Shown: one piece after another, positions 24,051 to 35,343 of the stretch | How the letters are laid out: each line of letters opens with the position of its first letter | Numbering within the stretch: position 1 is the stretch's first letter | NCBI RefSeq assembly: GCF_040938485.1 | Contig: NW_027270960.1 | Coordinates: forward strand, 1,984,001 to 2,048,000 | Source of the DNA: Diadema antillarum | Taxonomy: Eukaryota | Length of the DNA stretch: 64,000 nucleotides | Direction of reading: 5' to 3' | Position numbers and translations under genes: made by a program | Notes under the pieces: model-generated | Told to the model about the DNA's origin: nothing | Databases searched by the model: none | What the model saw: only the letters and a program-made list of their open reading frames with translations

Positions 24051-27000
24051 CAAAAGTGAATACACTTTTTCCCCTTCATCCTGCTGGTATGAGGCTCTGT
24101 TTCAACTATGAATTCTTGTGATATTGCCTCTTTGTCACTCGCTGTCTTTCCCATAAAAGTTAAGTACTCTCTAATGAATGTAGATACAAGTGATTTCCAC
24201 CATGCCCTGTAAAAAGTTAGTGTTATTTAAGACAAGAAGATAACAAGAAAATGTAAAACGTATCAGAAATTAAGCATTAGGTCTACTAAAGCCAAGATTA
24301 TAGAAAAAAAAAACACCTATTAAAAGGTGTTGGGAAGAACAGAATACATAAAGCTCAAGGCAGCAGTGCTTATTCTTTTTTTTTAAATCTTGTTACTTCT
24401 TAGGAACATGACCTTGTCATCTTATTTCTAACTGGGATTCCAGTTATGTTGGAAGTCATTCCATTTTGTAGAAGAAGGAAGTCAGTGCAATTAAATTCTT
24501 GGCACATGATTTATGAGGTCATTTTAGAGCAAGGATATAATGTACAGGTACCTTGTTTAACCCTTTATTTGCCCAGGCATTTAGCTTTACTTGTGAAGCT
24601 GTTTTTTATCAGCTTTTTGTAATCCATCCAAACTTGGTCTAGTTTTATAGTTTGCTATCAGGTGTAGCAATATGCCTCAGTCCAACCAGAAGGCCATGGT
24701 GACACAATGGGGATTAGGGGGATTAGGTAATCTCTATTCATTGACAATTTGTTTCCAGATATTGGTGCCAATCCCCTTTAAAAAAAGCACTCCAGCTTGC
24801 ATGCAAATTGGTGAGCGAAGCGCAGCAAGGGTTAATATCGAGGAAGAATGGGGGGGGGGGGGAAGGGTTCTGGGTCTCACTGCAACAAAATTAATTAAAC
24901 AGCAGCATCTCATTGATGAACAATTGAGCAAAATCAGACTTATATTGTAATTGACAAGAATGTGACTGCCAGTGACATATCAAACATGGCATTCTTTGGT
25001 GCATTGAAAGAGTTGTTTCGGGCGGGATACCTTAAAGCCAAATTATGACTCATGTTTTTAATTAAAAAGTCATTAATTCTACATTTGTCATGTGATGCTC
25101 CGTCTCTGTTAGTTTGCTAACTTTTATGAAGGATCTTGCAAGCGATTACATGTCACATTCTTCATTGAGCATTGGAGTGGATTCAGTGGTCGGTCATAAT
25201 TCCTGGTAAAGTAAATGAGGAATACTCAGCAAAAATATCACTGCAATGCAACCAAAACAACCAAAATTTTCTGTTATAAGTTGTCTGTGGTAATGAATGT
25301 TAAAGTGAATTGATGAAAGAGAATAAGTTGTTAACTTTGTGTTTTGTTCAATTCATTCATATGTTTGTTAACTATTTATATTGTTTTACAGCTTTTGTTC
25401 AAAAGTGTGTGTGTGTGTGGGGGGGGGGGTTAACTGTCTCTCCTTTACCCACATAACTTTGCCTGTTATGAGGAGTTTGGAAATTTTGTTTTAACATGAT
25501 TCCCATAAAAGTTTGCCAAGGCTAGTATTATTCTACACCGATACGATTGTACGTATAAAAGCTTATAACTCTGTGTAGAGAACATTTTGGGGATCTTGTA
25601 GAGGTTTAGAAGAGTATAACAAGTTTGTTATCTGTGTGAAAGGTTTTAGGTATCCTGCATTGGTCTCTATAAGCTTCTGTAAATCCAAGTAAAATTTGTT
25701 GTGCATCAAAAAAGTAAAAAAAAAAAATCAAAACATCAGTTTACATTTAGTTGGTAGGGCCCTATCTGCATTGAACACAATTGTTTTTTGATTCCCTTTT
25801 GATAATGGATGTATAGGCCTATTTATTCTTCAAAGAGAAAGCTTTATTTGGATGGTATATTTGATGAGCCATTTCTATGAGTGAGTGTGTTCCTTTAATA
25901 TCAACCGTGTCCTCATGGAACAACAATATATGACTGAAGGCGTTAGTGGCATGCATGCCTGTAATCTGGAGTATTAAGCGTCCTACTGTGTGCGCGATGA
26001 GGAAGTCCGCGTCACGGTACTTGAACGAGGAGTGCTACTTGAAGAGAGCCTCGGCGGAATTAATGACTGTGTCATTAGCTTCGGTGATGAAACGCATTGT
26101 CTCTTTTCCAGTTGGGGAAGGCCGGAGAATGAATGATGGATCGGTTTTAGATGCTGTCATTCAAAACTGAGAGGCGGGAGGAAGGAAGAGGAAGGGGGTA
26201 GGGGGAGGGGAAAGGAGGGGTAGCTCTGGGCCGAATGGGATGTTAAGGTATGATGATACTGTTTTGTGGCTGCTCACTCCCAGTGTTTAGTGGAACATAA
26301 ACTGCCTCGGAGGGTTGTTACTCCCAAAGCTGTGAACTTGCTGAGGTCACCTCAGGGGAAACAATCCCTGCCCCTTATGCCTCCTCTTCTAAAGGATGTT
26401 CTGAAGGGGAGGGGAGGAAAAAAACTTCCTCTAAATGTTGAGCCTGTGCCCTGTGGATATTTTACCCAGCAATTATCCATAGGAGAAGCCTATGTTTGAT
26501 TTATGCACCTCTGGGTAAACTGAATTTGTCAATCAGTCACATAAAGGCTTCCCTGAGTTGCCCTTCACCATCTCTCAGTGGCCTGGCTGGCGGCTGCCTT
26601 TTCGGCATTGTCAGGAATACACGGAGAGTGCAGGTGAACACACAAGCATCCCTGAACGGCAGAATATGTGCAGAATTTGTACCTAGAATATTAGTCTGTT
26701 GGAATTGCATATTGGTATTATGCAAACAAGTACCAGTGTTGAATGCTTTTATTTGATAAGTTGTGACGTAAGTGGGAAATATAACAGGTTTTGGAACTGA
26801 AGTAGTGTTAGAGTACAAAGAATATCAGAGCTTCTTTTATTCTTACATTATTACAAAGCTCAATGTGTATATCTGTTCAGTGCTTTACATGTCTTTAGAC
26901 CAAAGCACTATTACACACATTGTAGATGAAATAGGACCTGTTACACTTACTTCCTCCCAGACTTTTTGTCGTGGAGAAGGTGTGATGGTCTGCAACCATT

Positions 27001-27521
27001 ACGGGATGGTTTCAGGATCACACAAACGTGGAGCCTGGCACCAAGTCTACAGTGATGCATACAGATCTTGTCAAAGATCACTTATAGTACTAGATGGACA
27101 ACAGAACTTATTCACAAGTGCCTGTACTCGCCAATGATGTGGCAAGAATCTCACATGCAGGCCGTCAAAGGAGATGTCAGAAAGACTGTGACCCTGTACG
27201 AAAACTTTGATTGTTTACCCAAACTTCATACAGTGCCCTTTTGAGTTTTGTCATCTACTTATTGGTTATATGTCACATTCTTGATTTCTGGAGACTCTCG
27301 CTGCCACTGATGGCATTTCCTCCCGTAAATTTCTGATGTATAAAAATAGTGAAGCAAAGTGTCTGTAGTGAGTTCTCCGTTAGGATTGAATTAACCTCAG
27401 ATGTAATTCAACTTGCTTGAATTGGTGATACACTACACTTTAGGCCCATTCACACATTCACCAATAATCACAATTGTTTGCATCACAATTTAACACACAC
27501 ACAAAAAAAAACCCAACTTTT

Positions 27522-27614
27522 TCAACCCATGGAGGACGGTTTGATTTCGCTGCAACACGCATTTCCTATAGACACTTGCCCAAGTACACTCGGGACTCAT
27601 CCTCAACGGGTTAA
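27522..27614 (-). mobile_element. 93-bp piggyBac-like MITE, copy 3
   Basis: TCAA|CCCATGGAGGACGG ... TCCTCAACGGG|TTAA; body is the reverse complement of the family. Confidence 0.8.
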
Positions 27615-28274
27615 TGTGTCTGGATATGATTATCATGACAATTAATGATATTTAAATTCAAATCCGTGCGCCACTAAAAGCAAGACATTTCGGAAATAGT
27701 CATGATTTTCTTTTTCTTAATAGTTACAGTTATATGCAGTGCAAAGTATATACCAACAGTGTGCAAAGTCATACTTTTTTTGTTTGTTTGTTTTTTCAAT
27801 AGCCTGTAATTAGTGTTAGACAAATTCAGGCCAAACTTCATGACTTGAGTATGTGCAGTCTGGTCTTGTTGAAACCAGTGTTGTGTGGATCACAATTTTC
27901 CCTTGTGAACTGGTGGATGCAATTTACATCACTATTTTTTGTATTGTGTTCATGTGAACAAGAGTGCAAAAAAAAAAAATTAAATCATTCTTTTTCAGAG
28001 CGTCCTTTTATTTCTCCTTTATTTAAACCCCCATATTTTGAATGTCTTTGTCCACATTAACTCTGAAAAACAATTCAAGCTCTCTTCTGCTACAGATCCA
28101 TGTACCTTATGGCACCATGAAATGTCTCTTGTTGAACTGAGAATGAGAGAAAAATGACAGTGGTGCATGTATTAATTACATTACAAGAAAGATAAATAAG
28201 TGGTCCCTTCAAAGAATCTTCCCACATTTGATAATGTGCATTATTCATGCAGCAAATGCCAGCACCTACTCAAT

Positions 28275-28764
28275 AGGCGTTTTCACATCAGCCCGATGTT
28301 TCGAAATAGCACGCTATTTTCTGACTTTGGAAATTAACCCGATCACGAAATAGCGCGTTATTTGATAATGTGAACACAAATTAGCGCACTAATTGTATCG
28401 CTCTGGTCAAGAAAATTTCTCACGTCCAACTCGGGAAATTTCTGAAATAGGGGGATAATTGGCGAACTAGTGCGCTATTTGATAATGTGAAAACGCCTCA
28501 AGAAATTAGCGCGATGCATCCCATCATGCCTAGCGTGTGTGACCCGATCGATCAAGGCAAACTGCACACAAAGCATGAGAAATTTTTGAAAGTGCACACA
28601 TTACTGATGCTGTTTGCACATGCTCAGCTGTCGAATTAGCTCGAAAAAATTTCGGGCTAATTCTCTTCGGGCTGATGTGAATAAGAAATGAAAAAGCGCG
28701 CTAATTCGCAATCGCGAAAAATATCTCGATCTTGGATCTTTATCGGGCTGATGTGAAAACGCCT
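28275..28764. mobile_element. PIF/Harbinger-like MITE (490 bp)
   Basis: Perfect 23-bp TIR AGGCGTTTTCACATCAGCCCGAT; 3-bp AAT on both sides; partial internal TIR copies near 28487 and 28667. Confidence 0.85.
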
Positions 28765-29197
28765 AATGCGAATGTGCTTTGATATGAAAGTGTGTACAAA
28801 TCTGCCATATTTGCACAGCCTTGGTTCAATGGCACAGCCACATGTATGTACCAGTAGAGTGTGATTGATTGCGCTGCTAATGAGCATGCAGAATTCGCCC
28901 AGATGGTTTTAAAGATGAATGTTATGGGGGATGATACAACCACCCTGTGTGAGACCATTCCAAGCATACCACGTTTGCAGACAATAAATAATATGCAGAG
29001 GATTGATTGTCTGATTAATGATATGCTAGATGATTAAACAGAATTTTGTTTTTGTATGAATATTGAAAAAAGTGTTAATTTGTGGAAGGTGATCTGATGC
29101 AAATAAGTATGCAAGTGAATTATTTAGATAAGGAAGAAATGAATACAGCTGGACGTGATTCAGGAAAAAAAAGATGAAGGATAGAAGGAATACATTA

Positions 29198-29849
29198 TAG
29201 CCATGTTCAGACGTTATTTCTAGTCGGAGTAAAATTTATGGCGCAGCAATGAAAATTCAAATTTATACTTATCTTACCATGACCATGTGTCCACACGACG
29301 GTCGTGGGAAGAAACTCCGACCAATTTACCACGGCCTTCGCGAGGATCACCATGGAGGGTCGGTTTAACTTCCGGAAGTGGTAGCGCCGCGCACGTCGAC
29401 CATACGATTGTTTTTTACCGGCGGCATATTGTCTTCTCCATTCTTGTTGATGGAAATTTCTGAGTGCTAGGTTCTTCGTCGCGATCGACTAGGTTAGAAT
29501 TGCACTACACACGCACCTGTACTCACAAAATGTCAACATTGCGATTTGACCCCAGAAGTTTTACCTAGGTCGTAAGGTATGTAAGTTCAGAGATACTCCG
29601 AGGGCTTGTCCGCACGGGCAATTTACTCCGAGCGGCTAGTCGTGGTAGCGAGATACTCCTGAGAAAACTCAGGAGTATCTTGGTCGGAGAAAGAGGTCGT
29701 GGTAAGTTTCTCCGACTGGAGGAACTTACCACGACCTTGTTCAGACGGGCACTACTCCGACCTTTCCTCCGAAGTTACTTCGACACGCTTCCTCTGACCC
29801 TTCCTCCGAAGTTACTCTGACCAAAACTGCCCTCGTCTGAACATAGCTA
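29198..29849. mobile_element. PIF/Harbinger-like non-autonomous element (~650 bp)
   Basis: TAGCCATGTTCAGACG vs reverse complement of right end TAGCTATGTTCAGACG (15/16); many internal TACTCCGA/GTCGTGGTA motifs; TSD ambiguous. Confidence 0.75.
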
Positions 29850-29873
29850 ATATAGATGATGCCTGGAGGAGAA

Positions 29874-29986
29874 GGGAACATACCGAATGTTCCACCTGAA
29901 GGATTTGAAATGCTATTGAGGGACTTAAATAGCCTCCCTCAATAGCATTTCAAACCCTGAGGTTGGAACGTTTGGTACATGTTCCC
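29874..29986. repeat. Foldback hairpin with ~50-bp arms
   Basis: Perfect 20-bp inner stem TTTGAAATGCTATTGAGGGA / TCCCTCAATAGCATTTCAAA, 11-nt loop, imperfect outer arms. Confidence 0.85.
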
Positions 29987-30496
29987 GACAACAAATGTCA
30001 TCATCGGTTATATTATATGGGTTAGTCAAATACCATCATAGGCAGATTTATCCTATCGATTGCGTGAAAGAAATGATCGTTCAATCGTTTGGTATCATTT
30101 GTCATTTGTTACGTGAAAATGTTTTCCCATGGGAGAACATTACAAAAATGTTCTGCCCATGGGCGAACATAACCAATGTGCCTCCATCACGTGACTGTGT
30201 TTAGCCAATCACTAGCCGGTATTTGACTAACCCATTTAATATCATATCATCATGACCAAAAAAAAAAAAATCGGAGTTTCAAGGTCAATGAAATGACATG
30301 GGCTATAAATAGACAGTCACGGACATAGCTGCCATGGAAACTTGAACTGAAGGTGTGCATTTGTTAGATACATTGATGAACCTGTTTTGTATAACTGGTG
30401 ACAATTTGTTTATGTCAGGAACAGTCAAATGCAAGTCAGAGAAATGTTAAACATGATCTCATGATATTAGATCATTTGTTCTGTTGAGCCATAGGC

Positions 30497-30516
30497 AGAA
30501 CATTCTGGAATGTTCT
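30497..30516. promoter_or_regulatory. Perfect 4-unit heat-shock element consensus
   Basis: aGAAc aTTCt gGAAt gTTCt = four alternating nGAAn pentamers. Confidence 0.45.
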
Positions 30517-31543
30517 TCATGGGAACGCATTTTTGTATGAACAAATGACAACTACTTCTGAATACGATATGAATTCTGATTTGATATGATATCATATTTC
30601 ATATTTCAAGTGAGGTCATCAGTGATGATATCAAAGTGCATGTTTCTTGAGGCTTATATTTTGCCTAATTTTGTTTTAATCCTCTGAAGATTATTGCCGA
30701 GAATGTATCAGGAGCAATGGTTCATTTATAGCAAGACCACTCACAGACTGAAAGGCCTCTGCGTGTGATTATTTGGCCTTTCTCATTAGCATTTGCCTTT
30801 TAATTCTTTGAGGAGTAATTAGCTGGCCAGGATCAATATTTGCATTGTGATATCAGAGGCAGAAAATAAGCATTGCTCCATTGAATCTGTGAAGTGTTTG
30901 CAGATGGCAGTTTATGGTTTGAATATAATAAGAAGGGAAAGCAAAAGAGGTTGGTTTATGATGATCCTCATTGAAAGCACTTGATGGACCATGGTAGATT
31001 CTTTAGCAGTGACAAGACTGCTATTAGGAGATTCTAGAGTAGCAGTGGTTTTGTCTCAATATAACATTGAACTCTCGATCAGTTGAGGCACCCCCGCAAC
31101 TGTCAAAGACAGTGAGATACAATGAATTATGACATTCTGCCCACATTTCTCACAATTTTTTTTTTTTACTCCAGTAGCCTCATCCATACACACCAGAAGT
31201 ATCAGCTTTTGAAAATGGATTTTTGCGATGTGATGCAAAAACCATGAATTCATGTACATGTGGATACATACACACAAAAAAATAACTATTGCAATCCCCT
31301 TTGCAATGCAAAAATATTTCCAGCCTTATTTAAAGAAAAAAAATTTGTTATGATTTGCTGCAGTGTGTGTGTGTGTGTGAATACCACGCAGAGACTTTAT
31401 TTATTTTGTTAATCCATAATGCAACTCGCCGTCGTAGGTCTGCACACTCAGATGCACATGGTCACATTCTGGTCACTGTTGATTTTTTTTTCTTCAAATT
31501 CTCAAGATAATTTGTCCTGCACAACTTGTGTGATTGGTGGTAA

Positions 31544-31604
31544 TTAACCCGTTTCCCATAGACGCCTGTGTGAGTATACTCAGGACTAATCTTCAATGGG
31601 TTAA
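31544..31604 (-). mobile_element. piggyBac-like MITE, copy 4 (internally deleted, 61 bp)
   Basis: TTAA|CCCG ... TTCAATGGG|TTAA with GAGTATACTC core. Confidence 0.7.
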
Positions 31605-31714
31605 AAGTAATTTTTGCATTGTGATGCAAACAGCAATAAATCAGTGTAGGTGAACGAGACTTGTCTTCTTCAACCTTCAGACTCCCTTTACTGTGGTAAC
31701 TGTTCCTCATACCT

Positions 31715-31807
31715 TTAACCCATTGAAGACGAGTCCTGAGAATACTCAGGCATGTGCCTATAGGAAATGTGTGTTATAGTAAAATCAGTCTGTCCTCAAT
31801 GAGTTAA
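31715..31807 (+). mobile_element. 93-bp piggyBac-like MITE, copy 5
   Basis: TTAA|CCCATTGAAGACG ... GTCCTCAATGAG|TTAA. Confidence 0.8.
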
Positions 31808-33267
31808 GAGTCAATTCATTCTGGGCACATACATGCAGTTTCGTATTGAGGTAACTGGTTTTAAATGAGATCAGCGCATAATAGGCTCTTCAAGTTTTAC
31901 AGCGCATAACCAAAAACACTGCTCTGTTGAACACACTGTCAGTCTGTGCCTTAGAGGAGAAAGCAGGATGTACTATATATATAATATTGACATTTTTGTG
32001 GTAGTCTTATTGTAGGGAATTTTGTTAGTAGGCCCTTGATGGCAAGAATTACAACTTGTGAAAATGTTTACAAAATTGAAAAAAAAAATTGTCCCAACGA
32101 CAAGCACAGTCCCGCACCAGCACAATTAATGGATGCTGTATCAAGTGAGTACTATAAGCAGAGCCCCAATACCATGCTATTAGGACCTCTGCTCGAATCC
32201 TTCGAATACAAGCACTTCGAATACAAGCACTTTTTTTTTCTGAGTGATTCGATCTCATTTCAAGCAATGTTTCAACAAAACAGTTTGTTTGAGAATTCAC
32301 ACTTCCTTCTGAAAGTTTATGTCATCTTATTTTGCATGTGTGTGTGTGTGTGTGCAATTATCATGAATATAAGGAGACCACAATGTGTGAGATTAAGAAC
32401 TCAAGAAAAGTGTTTATCTACTGCCATTCGCAAAAAATATCTGCTCTCGAAAATATCGTGTACCTTTTGTGTTTGAAGACAAATGACCATTTAATAAGCA
32501 AATTAACAGCAGTGGGAAAATGATTCTTATCAATCTCAATTGAAAATACCATGATTTTAACAATTTTTCTGATAAATTATATTGTTTGAGCATTTCTGTC
32601 CCACAGCAATGGAACATTGCACCGTTATGGCATTCAAATAACATATATATATTGTTTGTTTGATGTGTTGTTTTTTTTCTTTTTGTCTTTTTGCTGCTGC
32701 TACTGCAGTAATTTTCTTGCACAATTGGATCACCAGTCTGCTGCCCACAACTGTGGCTGTGACGTAAACAGTAGCCTGGCTGGCCTGACTGCATGTTTCA
32801 TGTGTGGCCGCAGGGAGGACTGTGAATGTCCAGTGGACATCACATGACAATGACTCACTGTTCTTTCTGCAGTGATTGTTCTTATCCTTACCACAAATCA
32901 TTGCAGCAAAGCTGCATGCAAAGTTTTATTAAGAGAAATGTTGCGCTGACCTGGCCCGCGAATTCTCCAGCGATATGTTGGGTGGCTCGTGGGGCGCTGT
33001 TGCCTAGCGACTTTCACAAAAAGTGTTGGGATATTTCAAATGTAGCAATCATTCTCTGTCAGTTTGAATGGCCCTACTGTCATTATTCTTTTGCCTAAGG
33101 CACTATCTGTACAGGTTATTTGTCTCTATAGTGCCTCATTGTCCATACGTCTATGCATGCAATATTGCCATGTGCTTAAGAGTTTAATCACCTTTTTGAA
33201 GTGGTATGATACAGCAAGCTCAATGTTAGCAATGGTATTGAGCAAGCTGTAGCGATGGCCCTGAGAA

Positions 33268-33643
33268 TTAAAGGGATGGTATAGTATTGGTTGAGATGAG
33301 GATTTAGCTTTTAACTTTTTATGAGATACTTAGAAACTACTTTATCAATTGTTACAGAGCAAACAATTCTAAGAGGAATTCAAAGTTTATTTGCTGAAAA
33401 TCAGTTTTGAAATGGCTGAGATGTACAAAAACACGGTAAAACAAAGCAATCCTGATAGAATGTGGAACCCACCTCGCTTTGTTTTGGATATCTCATCCAT
33501 TTCAAAACTAATTTTCATACAGTGAACTTTGAATTCCTCTTAGAATTGTGTGCTTATTTATATCTTACAAGAGGTTTCTAAGTATTTCACAAAAAGTTAA
33601 AAGCTGAATCCTCATCTCAACCAATACTATACAATCCCTTTAA
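33268..33643. mobile_element. Kolobok/T2-like MITE, family A, copy 2
   Basis: TTAA|AGGGATGGTATAGTATTGGTTGAGATGAGG ... CCTCATCTCAACCAATACTATACAATCCCT|TTAA. Confidence 0.9.
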
Positions 33644-33719
33644 TTCTCAGGGCCATCACTTAAGCTTGCTCAATACCATTGCTATGTGTGAATAAAATCT
33701 CAGTTGAGAACCACCCTAC

Positions 33720-34241
33720 TTTATAGGGGAAATTTACCATGAAAATTAGTTTGTGTGAATAGAAACAGAAGAATTAGGACAGGACAATGAACGTTTAAGT
33801 AAATTCTGAGGAAAACTGAGACAGGTATGATCGGTTAAACACAAATTAGCAATTCTGTGATGTCACACACCAACTCATCCCCCAGTTTTAGCTGAGTTAT
33901 AGAAAATGAAATTTTCATTTTCCCACCTAGCAAATTTTCAATTGTACAGATACAATCATTGTGGATATTTTTCTGTACAACTCCTGCATGAATATATATA
34001 TTTCTTGATCAATAACTAAAAAGAGATATTTTATGGAATTTTATTCACAGAGCAAATGAAAGGTGAGCTTGCATGCTATATAACAGAGTTACCAATTTGT
34101 GCTTGATTGATCACAACATTGAATTAAAAAAATTATAACTTTTACTGTCCTGTTCCCTTCATTTTTCTGCTTTTATCCAAACAAACAGATTTTTAGAATG
34201 GTCCTTCCCATTTATGAGAAACAAAATGATACTGTGCCTTT
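33720..34241. mobile_element. Old degenerate TTAA|AGG-type MITE (only right end clear)
   Basis: Right end reads TTAAAGGCACAGTATC on the minus strand; imperfect internal IR around ACAGGACA/TGTCCTGT; left boundary uncertain. Confidence 0.3.
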
Positions 34242-35249
34242 AAATCAGATCAAAAGAAGCACAGTTTGTGGTTTCCCACCACTTGGCATTCATGTCAAAG
34301 GGGGGCAAAATTTCAGTTTTTGTTAAGTTTGTTGACATAAGTAGACTGGCAAAATTTGCAAAAAAAAAGAAAAAAAGAAAAGAAAAAGGAAGGCGAAGAT
34401 GCCACTATGGTCTATTCTCTGTGATTTACAATAACTTTGATATTTATTGTACATATGATACTGTAATATATTTTATATCAGCATATATTCTGACATTGTA
34501 AATAGTTGCATATCAAAAGGTAGTAGCTTTGAAAACTTCTAACCATTCACAATGACAGTATTATATAGTGATTGTTATCTGTAATGTTATCCTGTGACAT
34601 TAGTTTTCAATCTTAAGATTTTATCTAAACCCGAACAGAGTGAATTGTGGCCACTTCTGAATATGTGTAACTAGTGGTCAATGTTATCATCGGCATTTAG
34701 TTTTGATAATGTGATCCTCACTGAAGACATACGATATTGTAACCCACATGCCATCCACTTTAACTGTGGTACTGTTTCAGCTCAGTGTTGGTACCATTAG
34801 GAAAATAGGACGTGCGCATGCAACTCTCCATTGGAAATGGAAGGTAAAAGAGGGAAAAAGGTTTTTGTAGAGTTTTACATCCAAGTGTCTGAGTTTGATT
34901 ACCCAGCGGACGCCTGATTTTTGTTGCTCGGGGCAACAGGGCTACTGCTGTACATTACTTTCCTTGAATTCCAGCCCTTTTTTTTTCGTCGACTGGCGAT
35001 GTATCATTGGAGCTAGCATCAATATTACATGGAAATTCAAGCCCAGAAGCTGGCCGAATGCATGACATTGATGAAGTCTATGAATGTTTCATAATCTCTG
35101 ATAATATGCTTCTTGAAGAAAGTGTAATCCATACGATTAAAGTGACATGGCACACTTTATCTCAGGTTGCTATCATATCTGAAATCTCAGGTTCAGTCAC
35201 TCACATGTGTGCTAGTGCTTCATATTTTCTCTTAAACCTGGTGGTACAA

Positions 35250-35343
35250 TTAACCCATTGAAGACGACTCCCGAGAATACTCAGGCAGGTGTCCATGGGA
35301 AATGCATGTTACAGCAAACTCAGTCCATCCTCAATGGGATTAA
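35250..35343 (+). mobile_element. 93-bp-family piggyBac-like MITE, copy 6
   Basis: TTAA|CCCATTGAAGACG ... TCCTCAATGGGA|TTAA. Confidence 0.8.

Noticed and set aside
26930-27140. WHQVYSD..SLIVLD resembling a Gypsy integrase
   Set aside because: Similarity is too weak; no other pol motifs or LTRs
32201-32230. 15-bp direct duplication TTCGAATACAAGCAC x2
   Set aside because: It is a simple local slippage duplication
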